Assembly: GCA_965200245.1 (NCBI GenBank)
Contig: CBDATS010000004.1
Coordinates: 640,001-704,000, forward strand
Direction: 5' to 3'
DNA from: a bacterium
GTDB lineage: Bacteria; UBA8248
Length of the DNA stretch: 64,000 bases
This document shows, piece after piece, positions 31,355 to 39,780 of the stretch. A program made the translations under genes and the position numbers. The notes under the pieces are model-generated. The model worked only from the letters and a program-made list of their open reading frames with translations, made no database searches and was not told where the DNA came from. Within the stretch, counting starts at the first letter, position 1. Every line of letters begins with the position of its first letter.

Positions 31355-31397
31355 GGATTTCAGCGGGATCGTATGGTCTGACTTTCGTTCTGGCCAT
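31212..31397 (-). CDS. Mini-protein family B (HI1420-like antitoxin N-terminal domain, no HTH)
   Basis: PYDPAEILEDEEDRRLYLEAVEKFGNRKLVDEALEDIERSR; AAGGAG RBS. Confidence 0.75.
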   Translation of the reverse strand: MARTKVRPYDPAEILEDEEDRRLYLEAVEKFGNRKLVDEALEDIERSRLMYGNGPKMQLER

Positions 31398-31426
31398 CGT
31401 CTATGTGCTCCTTTCGTCCAGATCCC

Positions 31427-31609
31427 CTACCATCCCAGTCTATCCCTGATTTCATCCATAATTTCATCCTTGTCCAGTTCCGGGGCCGTCTTATCCAGAA
31501 AATCTTCAAATGACTTGCATCTGTTCATCTTCAGCCCCTCCCACGGATACTTTCCGGTTTCGCGCTTCACTCTTTCATAAAGCAGGGCTCTCTCTTCTCG
31601 TTCGTTCAT
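31427..31609 (-). CDS. Mini-protein family A
   Basis: LLYERVKRETGKYPWEGLKMNRCKSFEDFLDK; paralogs at 33188 and 34012. Confidence 0.75.
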   Translation of the reverse strand: MNEREERALLYERVKRETGKYPWEGLKMNRCKSFEDFLDKTAPELDKDEIMDEIRDRLGW

Positions 31610-31627
31610 GACAATTCCTGTCCGCAT

Positions 31628-31837
31628 TCAATAGCCGAAAAACTCGGGTTCCGGGATGGGATCCCTGAAATGTTCACGCGATTTTCTTACATCTTCCCTA
31701 GCGATTTCCCATGCTCTTTTACTGCTATCCAGAAATTCCTCAAGGAACTGTCTTCTCGTGCGCTCATCATCGAGATGCTCATGCACGATGAATTCCTTGC
31801 CGCGCAGAACCCGGTTTCTTCTTTCTTGATGGTTCAC
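31628..31837 (-). CDS. Divergent family-B-like mini-protein
   Basis: EFIVHEHLDDERTRRQFLEEF...AREDVRKSR aligns with family B. Confidence 0.55.
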   Translation of the reverse strand: MNHQERRNRVLRGKEFIVHEHLDDERTRRQFLEEFLDSSKRAWEIAREDVRKSREHFRDPIPEPEFFGY

Positions 31838-32040
31838 AGATAATCCCCACGCATTTCATGGTAAAGGGATGGTGCAGGTGGAATTATTTCAAGGCCTCCG
31901 CGACTTTTCCTGAATTTCAGTTCGGCGTTCAAAATGCGTTCAAACTCTTTCTGCTCAGTCTCCAGGGATTTTCCACATGCGGCTATGTCATGTTCCAGGC
32001 ACTGCGCAATCCCGCTATCTCTGAAAAACAGAATCGTCAT
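31834..32040 (-). CDS. HicB-like antitoxin domain
   Basis: AQCLEHDIAACGKSLE...IPPAP pattern; overlaps both neighbours by 4 bp. Confidence 0.6.
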   Translation of the reverse strand: MTILFFRDSGIAQCLEHDIAACGKSLETEQKEFERILNAELKFRKSRGGLEIIPPAPSLYHEMRGDYL

Positions 32041-32666
32041 ACCCCTATTGCAATCTTCGGTTCTATGGGAATTATATTGTAATCCCTCGATTCAAAGGGG
32101 TTCTCGTGATTCGGTTTCCTGGGCCTCCGCATCGGCTTGGGCCGTCCGTTCTTGTAGTACTCTTTCCGGAAGGCGTCGAAATGGCCCGGTTCGTGGGCAT
32201 CCTCCACTTCCTTCATCCGCATGTTGAGTTCCATCGTCCAGGCCATGACATGGTTGGGCACCTGTTCGCCGGGTTCCAGGAAGTGGTTGTATGGGTCATC
32301 CGGATTATAGGACTTGACTTCATATATCCCCCAGGCAGTTCCGCCCCAATCCGCTTTCCTGTATACGTCGAGTGCCTCGATCTGGCGTTGCATCCGCAGG
32401 GTGCTGGCCATCTCCGGAACTATACGAACCATGCCCCTGTAGTTCATTCCGCCCTCGTGCCTGTGGTAAATCACCAAGAGGCCCTTCATGAGGAAGTCGC
32501 GCGATTCCAGATCTTCCTCGCCTTCATAGATGTATGTGTCTTCTATGGATTCTTCCATGAGGAATCGAAGCTTGAATTCCCCTCTTTTCCACTTTTCAAA
32601 TTTTTCGGCTTCCGGCCACGATTCGGGTACATAGAACGCTTGGTCATCGTATATGTGGATCTTCAC
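32037..32666 (-). CDS. Hypothetical protein (209 aa)
   Basis: AGGAG RBS, translationally coupled to the HicB-like gene; no motif recognised. Confidence 0.7.
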   Translation of the reverse strand: MKIHIYDDQAFYVPESWPEAEKFEKWKRGEFKLRFLMEESIEDTYIYEGEEDLESRDFLMKGLLVIYHRHEGGMNYRGMVRIVPEMASTLRMQRQIEALDVYRKADWGGTAWGIYEVKSYNPDDPYNHFLEPGEQVPNHVMAWTMELNMRMKEVEDAHEPGHFDAFRKEYYKNGRPKPMRRPRKPNHENPFESRDYNIIPIEPKIAIGV

Positions 32667-32714
32667 GGCAGTCTGCTCCTTTTCTCGAGTTCGCGGAGTC
32701 TATCGTCCGCGATA

Positions 32715-33194
32715 TCACCTCGATGATTCCTGCCATGTGATGAAGTCGGCGTAAACTCCCACTGCTTCATTCTGGTTTTTCTTCCACGCCTTTCCTTTTT
32801 TCTTCTTTGTCCGGTTTCTTCGCGTGGTCGTTTTTCCCTGTTGCGCCTTCGCAAAGAGGGTAGCATGGTCCGACAGACGATGAAGGAACAATGTATTTCC
32901 TTCGATTTCATACATAAGAAGAAGATTATCGCCCGGAACCGGAACATGGGCGTCGTAGAGGCCCCTCTGGTTTCCGCGTGTTATTGTGTGGTTCTTGTAG
33001 ATGGAATCCGTGAGCGGCTTTCCGGTAAACACTATAATGTCAATCATTGTCGAAACTTCTTCTTCTACATCGTCATTAACCTTTTTCAGATCTTCCTCGA
33101 ATTCATCCGAATAGATGCGAGTCAGTTTTTCATTCGGAGGGACTTTTTCCTTCCCTTCCTGGCCCCTTCCCCTTTCAAACAGATATTCTAACAT
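32715..33194 (-). CDS. YafQ/RelE-family mRNA interferase
   Basis: YSDEFEEDLKK, YKNH, YDAHV, GDNLLLMY, LHRLSDHATLF. Confidence 0.8.
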   Translation of the reverse strand: MLEYLFERGRGQEGKEKVPPNEKLTRIYSDEFEEDLKKVNDDVEEEVSTMIDIIVFTGKPLTDSIYKNHTITRGNQRGLYDAHVPVPGDNLLLMYEIEGNTLFLHRLSDHATLFAKAQQGKTTTRRNRTKKKKGKAWKKNQNEAVGVYADFITWQESSR

Positions 33195-33370
33195 CCCAAT
33201 CTATCCAGAGCTTTTCTCAGAATCTTGTCCTTGTCCAGATCCGGGAACACTTTATCCATAAAATCATCCCGCGACTTGGCCCTGTTCATCTTCAGCCCCT
33301 CCCACGGATACTTTCCAGTTTCACGCTTTATTCTTTCGTAAAGCAGGTCCCGTTCTTCCCTTTCGTTCAT
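33188..33370 (-). CDS. Mini-protein family A, overlapping the YafQ-like start (candidate antitoxin)
   Basis: YPWEGLKMNRAKSRDDFMDK; AAGGA RBS; 7-bp overlap. Confidence 0.75.
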   Translation of the reverse strand: MNEREERDLLYERIKRETGKYPWEGLKMNRAKSRDDFMDKVFPDLDKDKILRKALDRLGC

Positions 33371-33448
33371 GGCTGTTTCCTTTTCTCTATTTAGGCCACC
33401 AGATCCCGGTAGGTAATCCTTCCTTCCCGCCTTATCTTGGATTTAAGG

Positions 33449-33625
33449 TCATTTTCTGAATTCACTGTAATCAGTGTGATGTGCCTTTTCCATTTCATCC
33501 CATGGCAGGGGGTTTGAATACTTCAGATTCTTCCATGGATGATCGTGGATTTTCGCTCTTCCGACTTTCTTATAGAGGAGTAGCGATGTCCTCGGATCCT
33601 TGCGTTCAAGGTTCTTTCTGTTCAT
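33449..33625 (-). CDS. Divergent family-A-like mini-protein
   Basis: LLLYKKV...HPWKNLKYSNPLPWDEM. Confidence 0.55.
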   Translation of the reverse strand: MNRKNLERKDPRTSLLLYKKVGRAKIHDHPWKNLKYSNPLPWDEMEKAHHTDYSEFRK

Positions 33626-33788
33626 GGTGTCCGCCATCTATTATTCGCGATCTTTCCACCGCGTCCCTTGCTTCGGCCATGAAATCATCGTCCCTGTATT
33701 CAGCGACTGCCTTCAAGTACAGTTCCCTGTCCTTTTCAGTTTTCAGGAAATCGGCAGTATCGTATCTATAGGTTTTTGTTCTGGCCAT
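33606..33788 (-). CDS. Mini-protein family B
   Basis: Paralog of 31047..31208. Confidence 0.72.
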   Translation of the reverse strand: MARTKTYRYDTADFLKTEKDRELYLKAVAEYRDDDFMAEARDAVERSRIIDGGHHEQKEP

Positions 33789-33934
33789 TGTTTATCTCTC
33801 CAGCTGCATCTTCGGTCCATTCCCATACATTAGCCGCGATCTTTCGATATCTTCCAGTGCTTCATCGACCAGTTTCCGATTACCGAACTTTTCAACTGCT
33901 TCCAGGTAAAGTCTCCTGTCCTCTTCATCCTCCA
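33677..33934. repeat. 258-bp direct repeat, copy 2
   Basis: Identical by eye to 31097..31354. Confidence 0.92.
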
Positions 33935-33977
33935 AAAATTCGGCAGAATCGTATGGTTTGACTTTTACTTCAGGCAT
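33792..33977 (-). CDS. Mini-protein family B
   Basis: Paralog of 31212..31397. Confidence 0.75.
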   Translation of the reverse strand: MPEVKVKPYDSAEFLEDEEDRRLYLEAVEKFGNRKLVDEALEDIERSRLMYGNGPKMQLER

Positions 33978-34011
33978 TTCTGGCCCCTTCCCCTTTCAAT
34001 CAGATACCATG

Positions 34012-34200
34012 TCATCGGAGTCTATCCCATATTTCATCTATAATTTCGTCTACATCCAAACGGGGATGTCTTTTCTTTGCTTTATCCAGATATTCTTCAA
34101 ACGACATGGCCCTGCCGAACTTCTGGCCCTCCCACGGATACTTTCCGGTTTCGCGCTTCACCCTTTCATGGATCAGGTCTCTTTTTTCTCGTTCATGCAT
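34012..34200 (-). CDS. Mini-protein family A
   Basis: HERVKRETGKYPWEGQKFGRAMSFEEYLDK. Confidence 0.72.
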   Translation of the reverse strand: MHEREKRDLIHERVKRETGKYPWEGQKFGRAMSFEEYLDKAKKRHPRLDVDEIIDEIWDRLR

Positions 34201-34744
34201 GATAGTAATCGCCTTGTATCTTGTGGATTTCGGTGGGACTTTCCTCGCGCATTGATTTCGCCCGGGTGTTTACCGGAAGGGCCATGCAGGCATCGCTGTC
34301 TTGAGAAGAAACCCGATCAATGTCCGCCCTCCGACCATAGTCCCTCAAGTACCTTCGCATCATTCCTTCCAGATCCCGCAGCCGCTGCGCTGTCCGGTCG
34401 TATAATGCGTTCCCTGCCGTCAGGCTCTTCTCCCGCAGGGTCTGCCGGAAACCGCGCCACTGGCGGGCGGACATCTCTTCGGGGTCTGCGTGCTCTACGG
34501 TCATGCGGGGTTGCCGGCCCTTGCTGCACAGGAGATTGCGGATATCCTTCGTCAGGTTTTTTTCTATCCCGAGTTCCGTGCGATTCTTTCTCTCGTCCAG
34601 CCACTCGACCAGTTCGGATGCTTCCCCGTCATCGTGATGAAAGTGATTCGCGGCGTTTGCGAGGGAGAACAGAATCAGGTGTCTTTCATAATCGGTCAGC
34701 ACGACTCCCTCCTGATGAAACCCCGAAAAGTCGGGGCGATACAC
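34193..34744 (-). CDS. Hypothetical protein
   Basis: 183-aa ORF overlapping the first array gene; start uncertain. Confidence 0.5.
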   Translation of the reverse strand: MYRPDFSGFHQEGVVLTDYERHLILFSLANAANHFHHDDGEASELVEWLDERKNRTELGIEKNLTKDIRNLLCSKGRQPRMTVEHADPEEMSARQWRGFRQTLREKSLTAGNALYDRTAQRLRDLEGMMRRYLRDYGRRADIDRVSSQDSDACMALPVNTRAKSMREESPTEIHKIQGDYYHA

Positions 34745-35184
34745 GTTGCGTTGCAGGGAACCTACGGCACCCGTGCGTCAGATTCGGACGTATGGGCCAA
34801 GAAAATCACAAAAAAATCATCCTGATGTTTCTGACAGGATGGATTTGAAGGAGGTCACGGGATCGCCCGATTGGATTGTTCAGGAAAAATCCCGTGTCTT
34901 GAGGGATACGGTTGACCATGCAGACCGGGGTTCGCCTGCTCTTCACAAGACGCAAGAGACCATCGACAGGGGACGTTTCGGTTGGTCCGCAGTCCGAATC
35001 AGCGAATATATGGCAGTGCATCACCAGCGGGCCATGCGAGGCCGAGTGCAGGGTGGCCGGGTTGCATGGTCGCCTGAGGCATTGAATCGCAGGGACTCCG
35101 GGTGCGCCGGGGGGCCATGGATGAATTGCTGGATGTTGACCAGGAATGGATGGGTGACCACCGCGGGCAGGAGCAGAACCCCTA

Positions 35185-35389
35185 TTACTCGTATTCGTTG
35201 TTCTTCTCTCCCTGGGTGATCCGGTGCCTGATGTATACGTGCTCGTTGCCGTCGCAGTGATTGTTCATGGAACAGATACAACGCTTCATCGACGACCTGT
35301 TCGTCGGCTACATCGATGGGGATAACCGGTTTCCCGAGCCTTCTCAGGCAATGATCCCTGAATTCTTCCCTCGTGGCTGGTATAGCCAT
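35185..35389 (-). pseudogene. T4-like phage neck protein gp13 N-terminal remnant
   Basis: AGGAGA RBS; MAIPATREEFRDHCLRRLGKPVIPIDVADEQV-VDEALYLF, frameshift, then HCDGNEHVYIRHRITQGEKNNEY*. Confidence 0.78.
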
Positions 35390-35414
35390 CCCGATCTCCT
35401 GAACAAGAGGAACG

Positions 35415-35732
35415 ATGTTATTATTCAGGAAGAAAAACATGGACATCAGGGACAGGGCCGACAGCATCACGGAGATGTCGATAGATATCGGCGAGACCTG
35501 TCGACTTCCTCCCGGAACCGACGCCGGCCAGATCGTCGGGATTGCCTCGAACATCGCCACGAAGTGCGCAGGGGACATGATACAGTTCCTGGGCACCGAC
35601 GCGAGAGAGACGGCCAGGACGATTCGCGAGGAGAACGACAGGATGGCCAGACTCAACGCAGGCATCGATCCCGGGTTCGCGGTACGGATAGACGAACTGC
35701 ACGACGGGATCGAGTATTTCCTCGAGGAGTAG
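35415..35732 (+). CDS. Hypothetical protein
   Basis: ORF followed by a CCCCTCTAGGGG hairpin. Confidence 0.5.
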   Translation: MLLFRKKNMDIRDRADSITEMSIDIGETCRLPPGTDAGQIVGIASNIATKCAGDMIQFLGTDARETARTIREENDRMARLNAGIDPGFAVRIDELHDGIEYFLEE

Positions 35733-36062
35733 CCCCTCTAGGGGGTTTCGCGAAATGCATCTTATGTGCCGGGAATTAAAGCATGGCAAGTTACAAGGCA
35801 GACATGATCAGTCAACCTGACCACGGGCCGATGCATTTTCAGGGAATAGGTTTCCGGCCAGATATCATTCCCTTGAAATGGGCATTATCTTCTTGAATCT
35901 GCGATAAAATTTCATGTGCTTTCCTGAACTCTGAATTCATTTCCTTTCTGATGTTCCTGAGTTGTGAATTTATGTCTTAAATATTTTTGTCAACACGATG
36001 AATCTCTGCGTTACTGGCTGACGCAGCAAGATCGGTAACGAGGGCATGCACGAGACTGCAAA

Positions 36063-36692
36063 ATGAAACGACTATTCCCTGACCTTAATCAACTATCTGC
36101 TGAGTGGATAATGAAGTGGGCATTATCCCTCGTGAGCGTAGCAGTAATTGTCTGGGTTATGTTCCCGACCTGGTTGACTGCTGGAGAGTCAGCCAGCACT
36201 ACCCTTCGCAATATCAGCCTCCTCCTCGCGGCCGCCATCGGTCTCCCGCTCGCAATTTGGCGTAGCGCTATTGCTCAGAGGCAAGCCGAAGCGGCACACA
36301 AGCAGTTTGACGTGGCCGCGCAGAATCTATCGAACGAACAATTCAAGAATGGGGTAGAGTTTTTGGCGCATAAATCCATGCCGATCCGTTTAGGTGGTGT
36401 TTTGCTTTTGGGAGATACGGCGGAACGAGAACCTGAACTCTACCATATTCGCGTTATGCAAATATTTGTTGCGTTCTTGTCGTATCCGCCTCGATATACA
36501 ACAACCGAAGGAAAGGTCACGGATCAAATTGATTTTAAGAGTGCGGATACGCTCCAAATAATCAAGGCGATTAACGAAAGAACGGAACAGCAAAAGAAAA
36601 TTGAAACACAAGAGAATTTTGATCTCGAACAAAAACTGGAAGGAGTTCCCGATGTTGATGCGAGACTCAGTGTCCGCGATGGGCATCAATGA
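36063..36692 (+). CDS. Membrane-anchored hypothetical protein, probably 3'-truncated
   Basis: Two TM segments, GLPLAIWRS, IRLGG; last ~50 nt derive from the adjacent IrrE fragment. Confidence 0.6.
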   Translation: MKRLFPDLNQLSAEWIMKWALSLVSVAVIVWVMFPTWLTAGESASTTLRNISLLLAAAIGLPLAIWRSAIAQRQAEAAHKQFDVAAQNLSNEQFKNGVEFLAHKSMPIRLGGVLLLGDTAEREPELYHIRVMQIFVAFLSYPPRYTTTEGKVTDQIDFKSADTLQIIKAINERTEQQKKIETQENFDLEQKLEGVPDVDARLSVRDGHQ

Positions 36693-36879
36693 GATAGAAA
36701 TGGAAGCCAATCTATTCGCCGCGGAATTGCTGATGCCCGCTGTACTTATCAATCAGGAACTTGAGAGCAACGTCTTTGATATCGATGAAGAGGCAGCCAT
36801 CGACGCGTTGGCAAGGCGCTTCAAGGTGAGCCAGTCAGCCATGCCTTTCCGGCTTGGAAACCTCTTGACCTGGAATTGA
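36643..36879 (+). pseudogene. ImmA/IrrE metallopeptidase C-terminal fragment
   Basis: EMEANLFAAELLMP...LARRFKVSQSAM; HExxH part missing. Confidence 0.78.
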
Positions 36880-36893
36880 TCCGAGTACCAGTT

Positions 36894-38300
36894 ATGGGGT
36901 TTGTCTTTTACGATACAGAGACGACCGGAACGAATACGTCTTTCGATCAAATTCTTCAGTTCGCTGCCATCAAGACCGATTATGAACTTAATGAACTGGA
37001 ACGATTCGAGATTCGTTGCCGTCTATTGCCCGATGTTGTCCCCTCGCCTGGCGCAATTCTGATTACAGGAGTTGGTCCTTCCCGATTCACGGACTCTGGG
37101 TTGCCTGGTCATTACGAGATGGTCCGCGCCATCAAGGCCAAGCTTGACGAATGGACACCCGCAGTCTTTCTTGGCCACAATTCACTGTCATTTGATGAAC
37201 ACTTGCTGCGGCAGGCGTTCTACAAGACGCTTCATGCACCGTATCTGACCAATACCAACAGCAATTGTCGGACTGACAGCCTGCGCATTGTCCAGTGCAT
37301 GGCTTTATACGCGCCGGGGATAGTGAACGTACCTATTGACGATAATTGGCAGTCGACCTATAAGCTCGATCGGTTGGCTCGTGCCAATGGCTTCAATCAC
37401 AGCACTGCGCATGATGCGATGGGTGATGCCGAGAAAACGGTTCATCTTTGCCGGTTGCTGGCCGAGCGCGCTGACGGTTACTGGTCGGGCTTTGTCCGGT
37501 TCGCTCAAAAATCGGCAGTTCTGGACTTCGTGCAGGAGGAGGAGTTCTTTTGCCTCACAGACGCCTATTTCGGGAAAACCTATACCTGGATGGTTTGCCA
37601 AATCGGTGAAAATCCAGACTATGCAGCCGAGCAACTGGTTTTTAACCTCGCCATCGATCCAGAAGAGTTGACTTCTCTTGATGACGATGCCCTGGCTGTC
37701 CGTCTTATGGAGCGACCCAAACCGGTGCGAGCTCTTCGCGCCAATGCTTCCCCGGCGTTACTGGCCTACGAAGATATCCCGTCACATCTACGCGCAGCCA
37801 CTCCCGGGGAAAATGTGCTCAGAGGACGTGCGTCCCTGATCAGGGGCGACGGGCACTTTGCACGACGATTGGTGAATTCTTTCCTGTCGACTCGCCAGGA
37901 ACGTACGCCATCCGTTTACGTCGAAAAGCAGATCTACGATTCATTTGCCAGCTGTGCAGATCAGGAGCTTATGGAACGTTTTCACACGATGGACTGGAAG
38001 GATCGGCCCAGGCTGCTTGAATCTCTTTCGGATCCACGAGCAAGAATTCTCGGAGAGAGACTGCTTCACATTGAAGCTCCCGCGGTTCTTTCTGGCGATG
38101 TGCGCAAGAACCTTGACATCGCTGCTGCGAGGCGCCTTATGGGAACAGACGGTTCAGCGCCATGGCTTACCTTGCCGGGAGCCCTCCTGGACACACGCGA
38201 TTGGCTTGTGGGTGCTTCTGGCGCCGCCGCTGTATTGCTTCGTGAACTAGAGGCTTATCTTGTCGAACGGTCCAATGAGGCCAGAACATTGATTGCCTAA
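36894..38300 (+). CDS. Exonuclease I (SbcB)-like DEDDh exonuclease
   Basis: FYDTETTG, QFAAI, GHNSLSFD, AHDAMGD, EKQIYDSF. Confidence 0.88.
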   Translation: MGFVFYDTETTGTNTSFDQILQFAAIKTDYELNELERFEIRCRLLPDVVPSPGAILITGVGPSRFTDSGLPGHYEMVRAIKAKLDEWTPAVFLGHNSLSFDEHLLRQAFYKTLHAPYLTNTNSNCRTDSLRIVQCMALYAPGIVNVPIDDNWQSTYKLDRLARANGFNHSTAHDAMGDAEKTVHLCRLLAERADGYWSGFVRFAQKSAVLDFVQEEEFFCLTDAYFGKTYTWMVCQIGENPDYAAEQLVFNLAIDPEELTSLDDDALAVRLMERPKPVRALRANASPALLAYEDIPSHLRAATPGENVLRGRASLIRGDGHFARRLVNSFLSTRQERTPSVYVEKQIYDSFASCADQELMERFHTMDWKDRPRLLESLSDPRARILGERLLHIEAPAVLSGDVRKNLDIAAARRLMGTDGSAPWLTLPGALLDTRDWLVGASGAAAVLLRELEAYLVERSNEARTLIA

Positions 38301-38419
38301 CAGGACGCACTTATTCAGAAGCACGATTCTTTCTCGTTCCTCGGTCAATTTCCAGTCAAGAACAAGCATTTGGCGAACCGAAATATCATGGTGACCGACT
38401 AGCCATTGATGGAACGCAT

Positions 38420-39103
38420 GTGCAGGCTACTGCCAATACGCAAATTGCCCGGACAAAAAGACTTGAAAACCATACGGCCTTGCCTTATATTCGTTCCCTG
38501 AAAGGGATGAATATGCCTGTCACAGCCGATTTGACGATTCGGGAAACCGCTGCCCTCGCGGGAGTATCCCGGACAACGATCGAAAAAGCCCTGGAAGCCC
38601 GTATCCTGAAGGTTCTCACCGGACCGGCCCGTCTTCGTGGTGGCGCGATGCGCTATCTCCCGGTCCGGGCCGTGGTCTATTTCCATGCCCTGAAGGCAGC
38701 CAACCTTACGGACCTTCCTTTACGTCACAAACGGGCAATCTGGACCGATATGGTCCGGCTTGAGCCCATGCAGCTTGATACAATCGAATTCACTCCCGGC
38801 ACCATGCTCGATCTCGAGCGTCTCGCGGCGGATTCCCTGCGGAATGCCGAGCGATACCGGATAGCCCGTGATCGATACATCACATCAGACGGGGACATCC
38901 TCGGCGGCACACCGGTCATCGCCGGAACCCGGTTGACCGTTTACGCGATTCTCGGGCGGCTGCAGGATGGAGACAGTATCGATGATCTTCTGGAAGACTA
39001 CCGCGAGATTCCGCGCGAAGCGTTCGGGGCCGCCGAGATCTACGCCAAATCCCATCCTCTCAGGGGACGCCCGTCCGGCAGACCCTGGCGAAACACAGCC
39101 TGA
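38420..39103 (+). CDS. DUF433-domain antitoxin with N-terminal HTH
   Basis: ETAALAGVS; ILGGTPVIAGTRLTV...DLLEDY; true start may be downstream. Confidence 0.82.
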   Translation: MQATANTQIARTKRLENHTALPYIRSLKGMNMPVTADLTIRETAALAGVSRTTIEKALEARILKVLTGPARLRGGAMRYLPVRAVVYFHALKAANLTDLPLRHKRAIWTDMVRLEPMQLDTIEFTPGTMLDLERLAADSLRNAERYRIARDRYITSDGDILGGTPVIAGTRLTVYAILGRLQDGDSIDDLLEDYREIPREAFGAAEIYAKSHPLRGRPSGRPWRNTA

Positions 39104-39120
39104 TTGACGGTTGCGGCAAG

Positions 39121-39446
39121 ATGATGCGGTTGTTTCTTGATGAGTGTCTGTCCTCAAAACTGCCCGGTCTCTAAACGCCGAGGGGATTCATGTTGCCCTG
39201 CATCCACGCGATTTCGGTGGGCTGGGTGCACCGGATCACCACGTATTGGCCAGATGCGTCGAGCAGGATATTGTACTCGTGACGGTCAATGCGCTCGATT
39301 TCCGAGCCCTCGTCGCCGCATGGGACGTGCATCCCGGCCTCGTCATCCTCCCGAGCGTGAGCCGGGAACGTTCGGAGTCACTGCTACGTGATGCGATCAC
39401 TTTCCTTTCAGGACACGGCGCCCCGATGGCTCTTTCGAGCGGATAG
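39121..39446 (+). pseudogene. DUF5615 PIN-like toxin, frameshifted
   Basis: MRLFLDECLS, shift at ~39160, then GLGAPDHHVL...LVTVNALDF...HPGLVIL. Confidence 0.8.
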
Positions 39447-39626
39447 CTAGAATTTATCAAAAATGATTTTGAGTGCTCCAATTGCCAAAGTGAAACTTCG
39501 AGAAGCAACGCGCCGCTCAAGTCTGGGAGCTCATTCTCGATCAGATCGTCACCTGTGAAGGCCCAAGGGACATTTCAGCGCTGGAAGAAATCAGGTATCG
39601 CGTTAACAGAGCTAGCCTGCCATAGA

Positions 39627-39756
39627 ATGACCATTATATCAGCCATTAATAGTTTTGATGACTATTATTCTATCCTTTTTTCTTGACAGTCCTGAATTTA
39701 TTTGCCAGAAATGACTATATTATCAGGCTCTATATAGCCTAATGACCATTATTCCA
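39627..39756 (+). promoter_or_regulatory. hipBA-type promoter with four repeated operator-like motifs
   Basis: ATGAC(C/T)AT... at 39627, 39658, 39711, 39742; TTGACA at 39683. Confidence 0.55.
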
Positions 39757-39780
39757 GTCTCTTCGTGTCAGGTGTGAAAA

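Noticed and set aside
30009-34200. Repeats read as a CRISPR array, DGR template/variable pair or integron cassettes
   Set aside because: Repeats are protein-coding paralogs with no repeat-spacer periodicity; differences are not adenine-specific; no reverse transcriptase, integrase or attC seen
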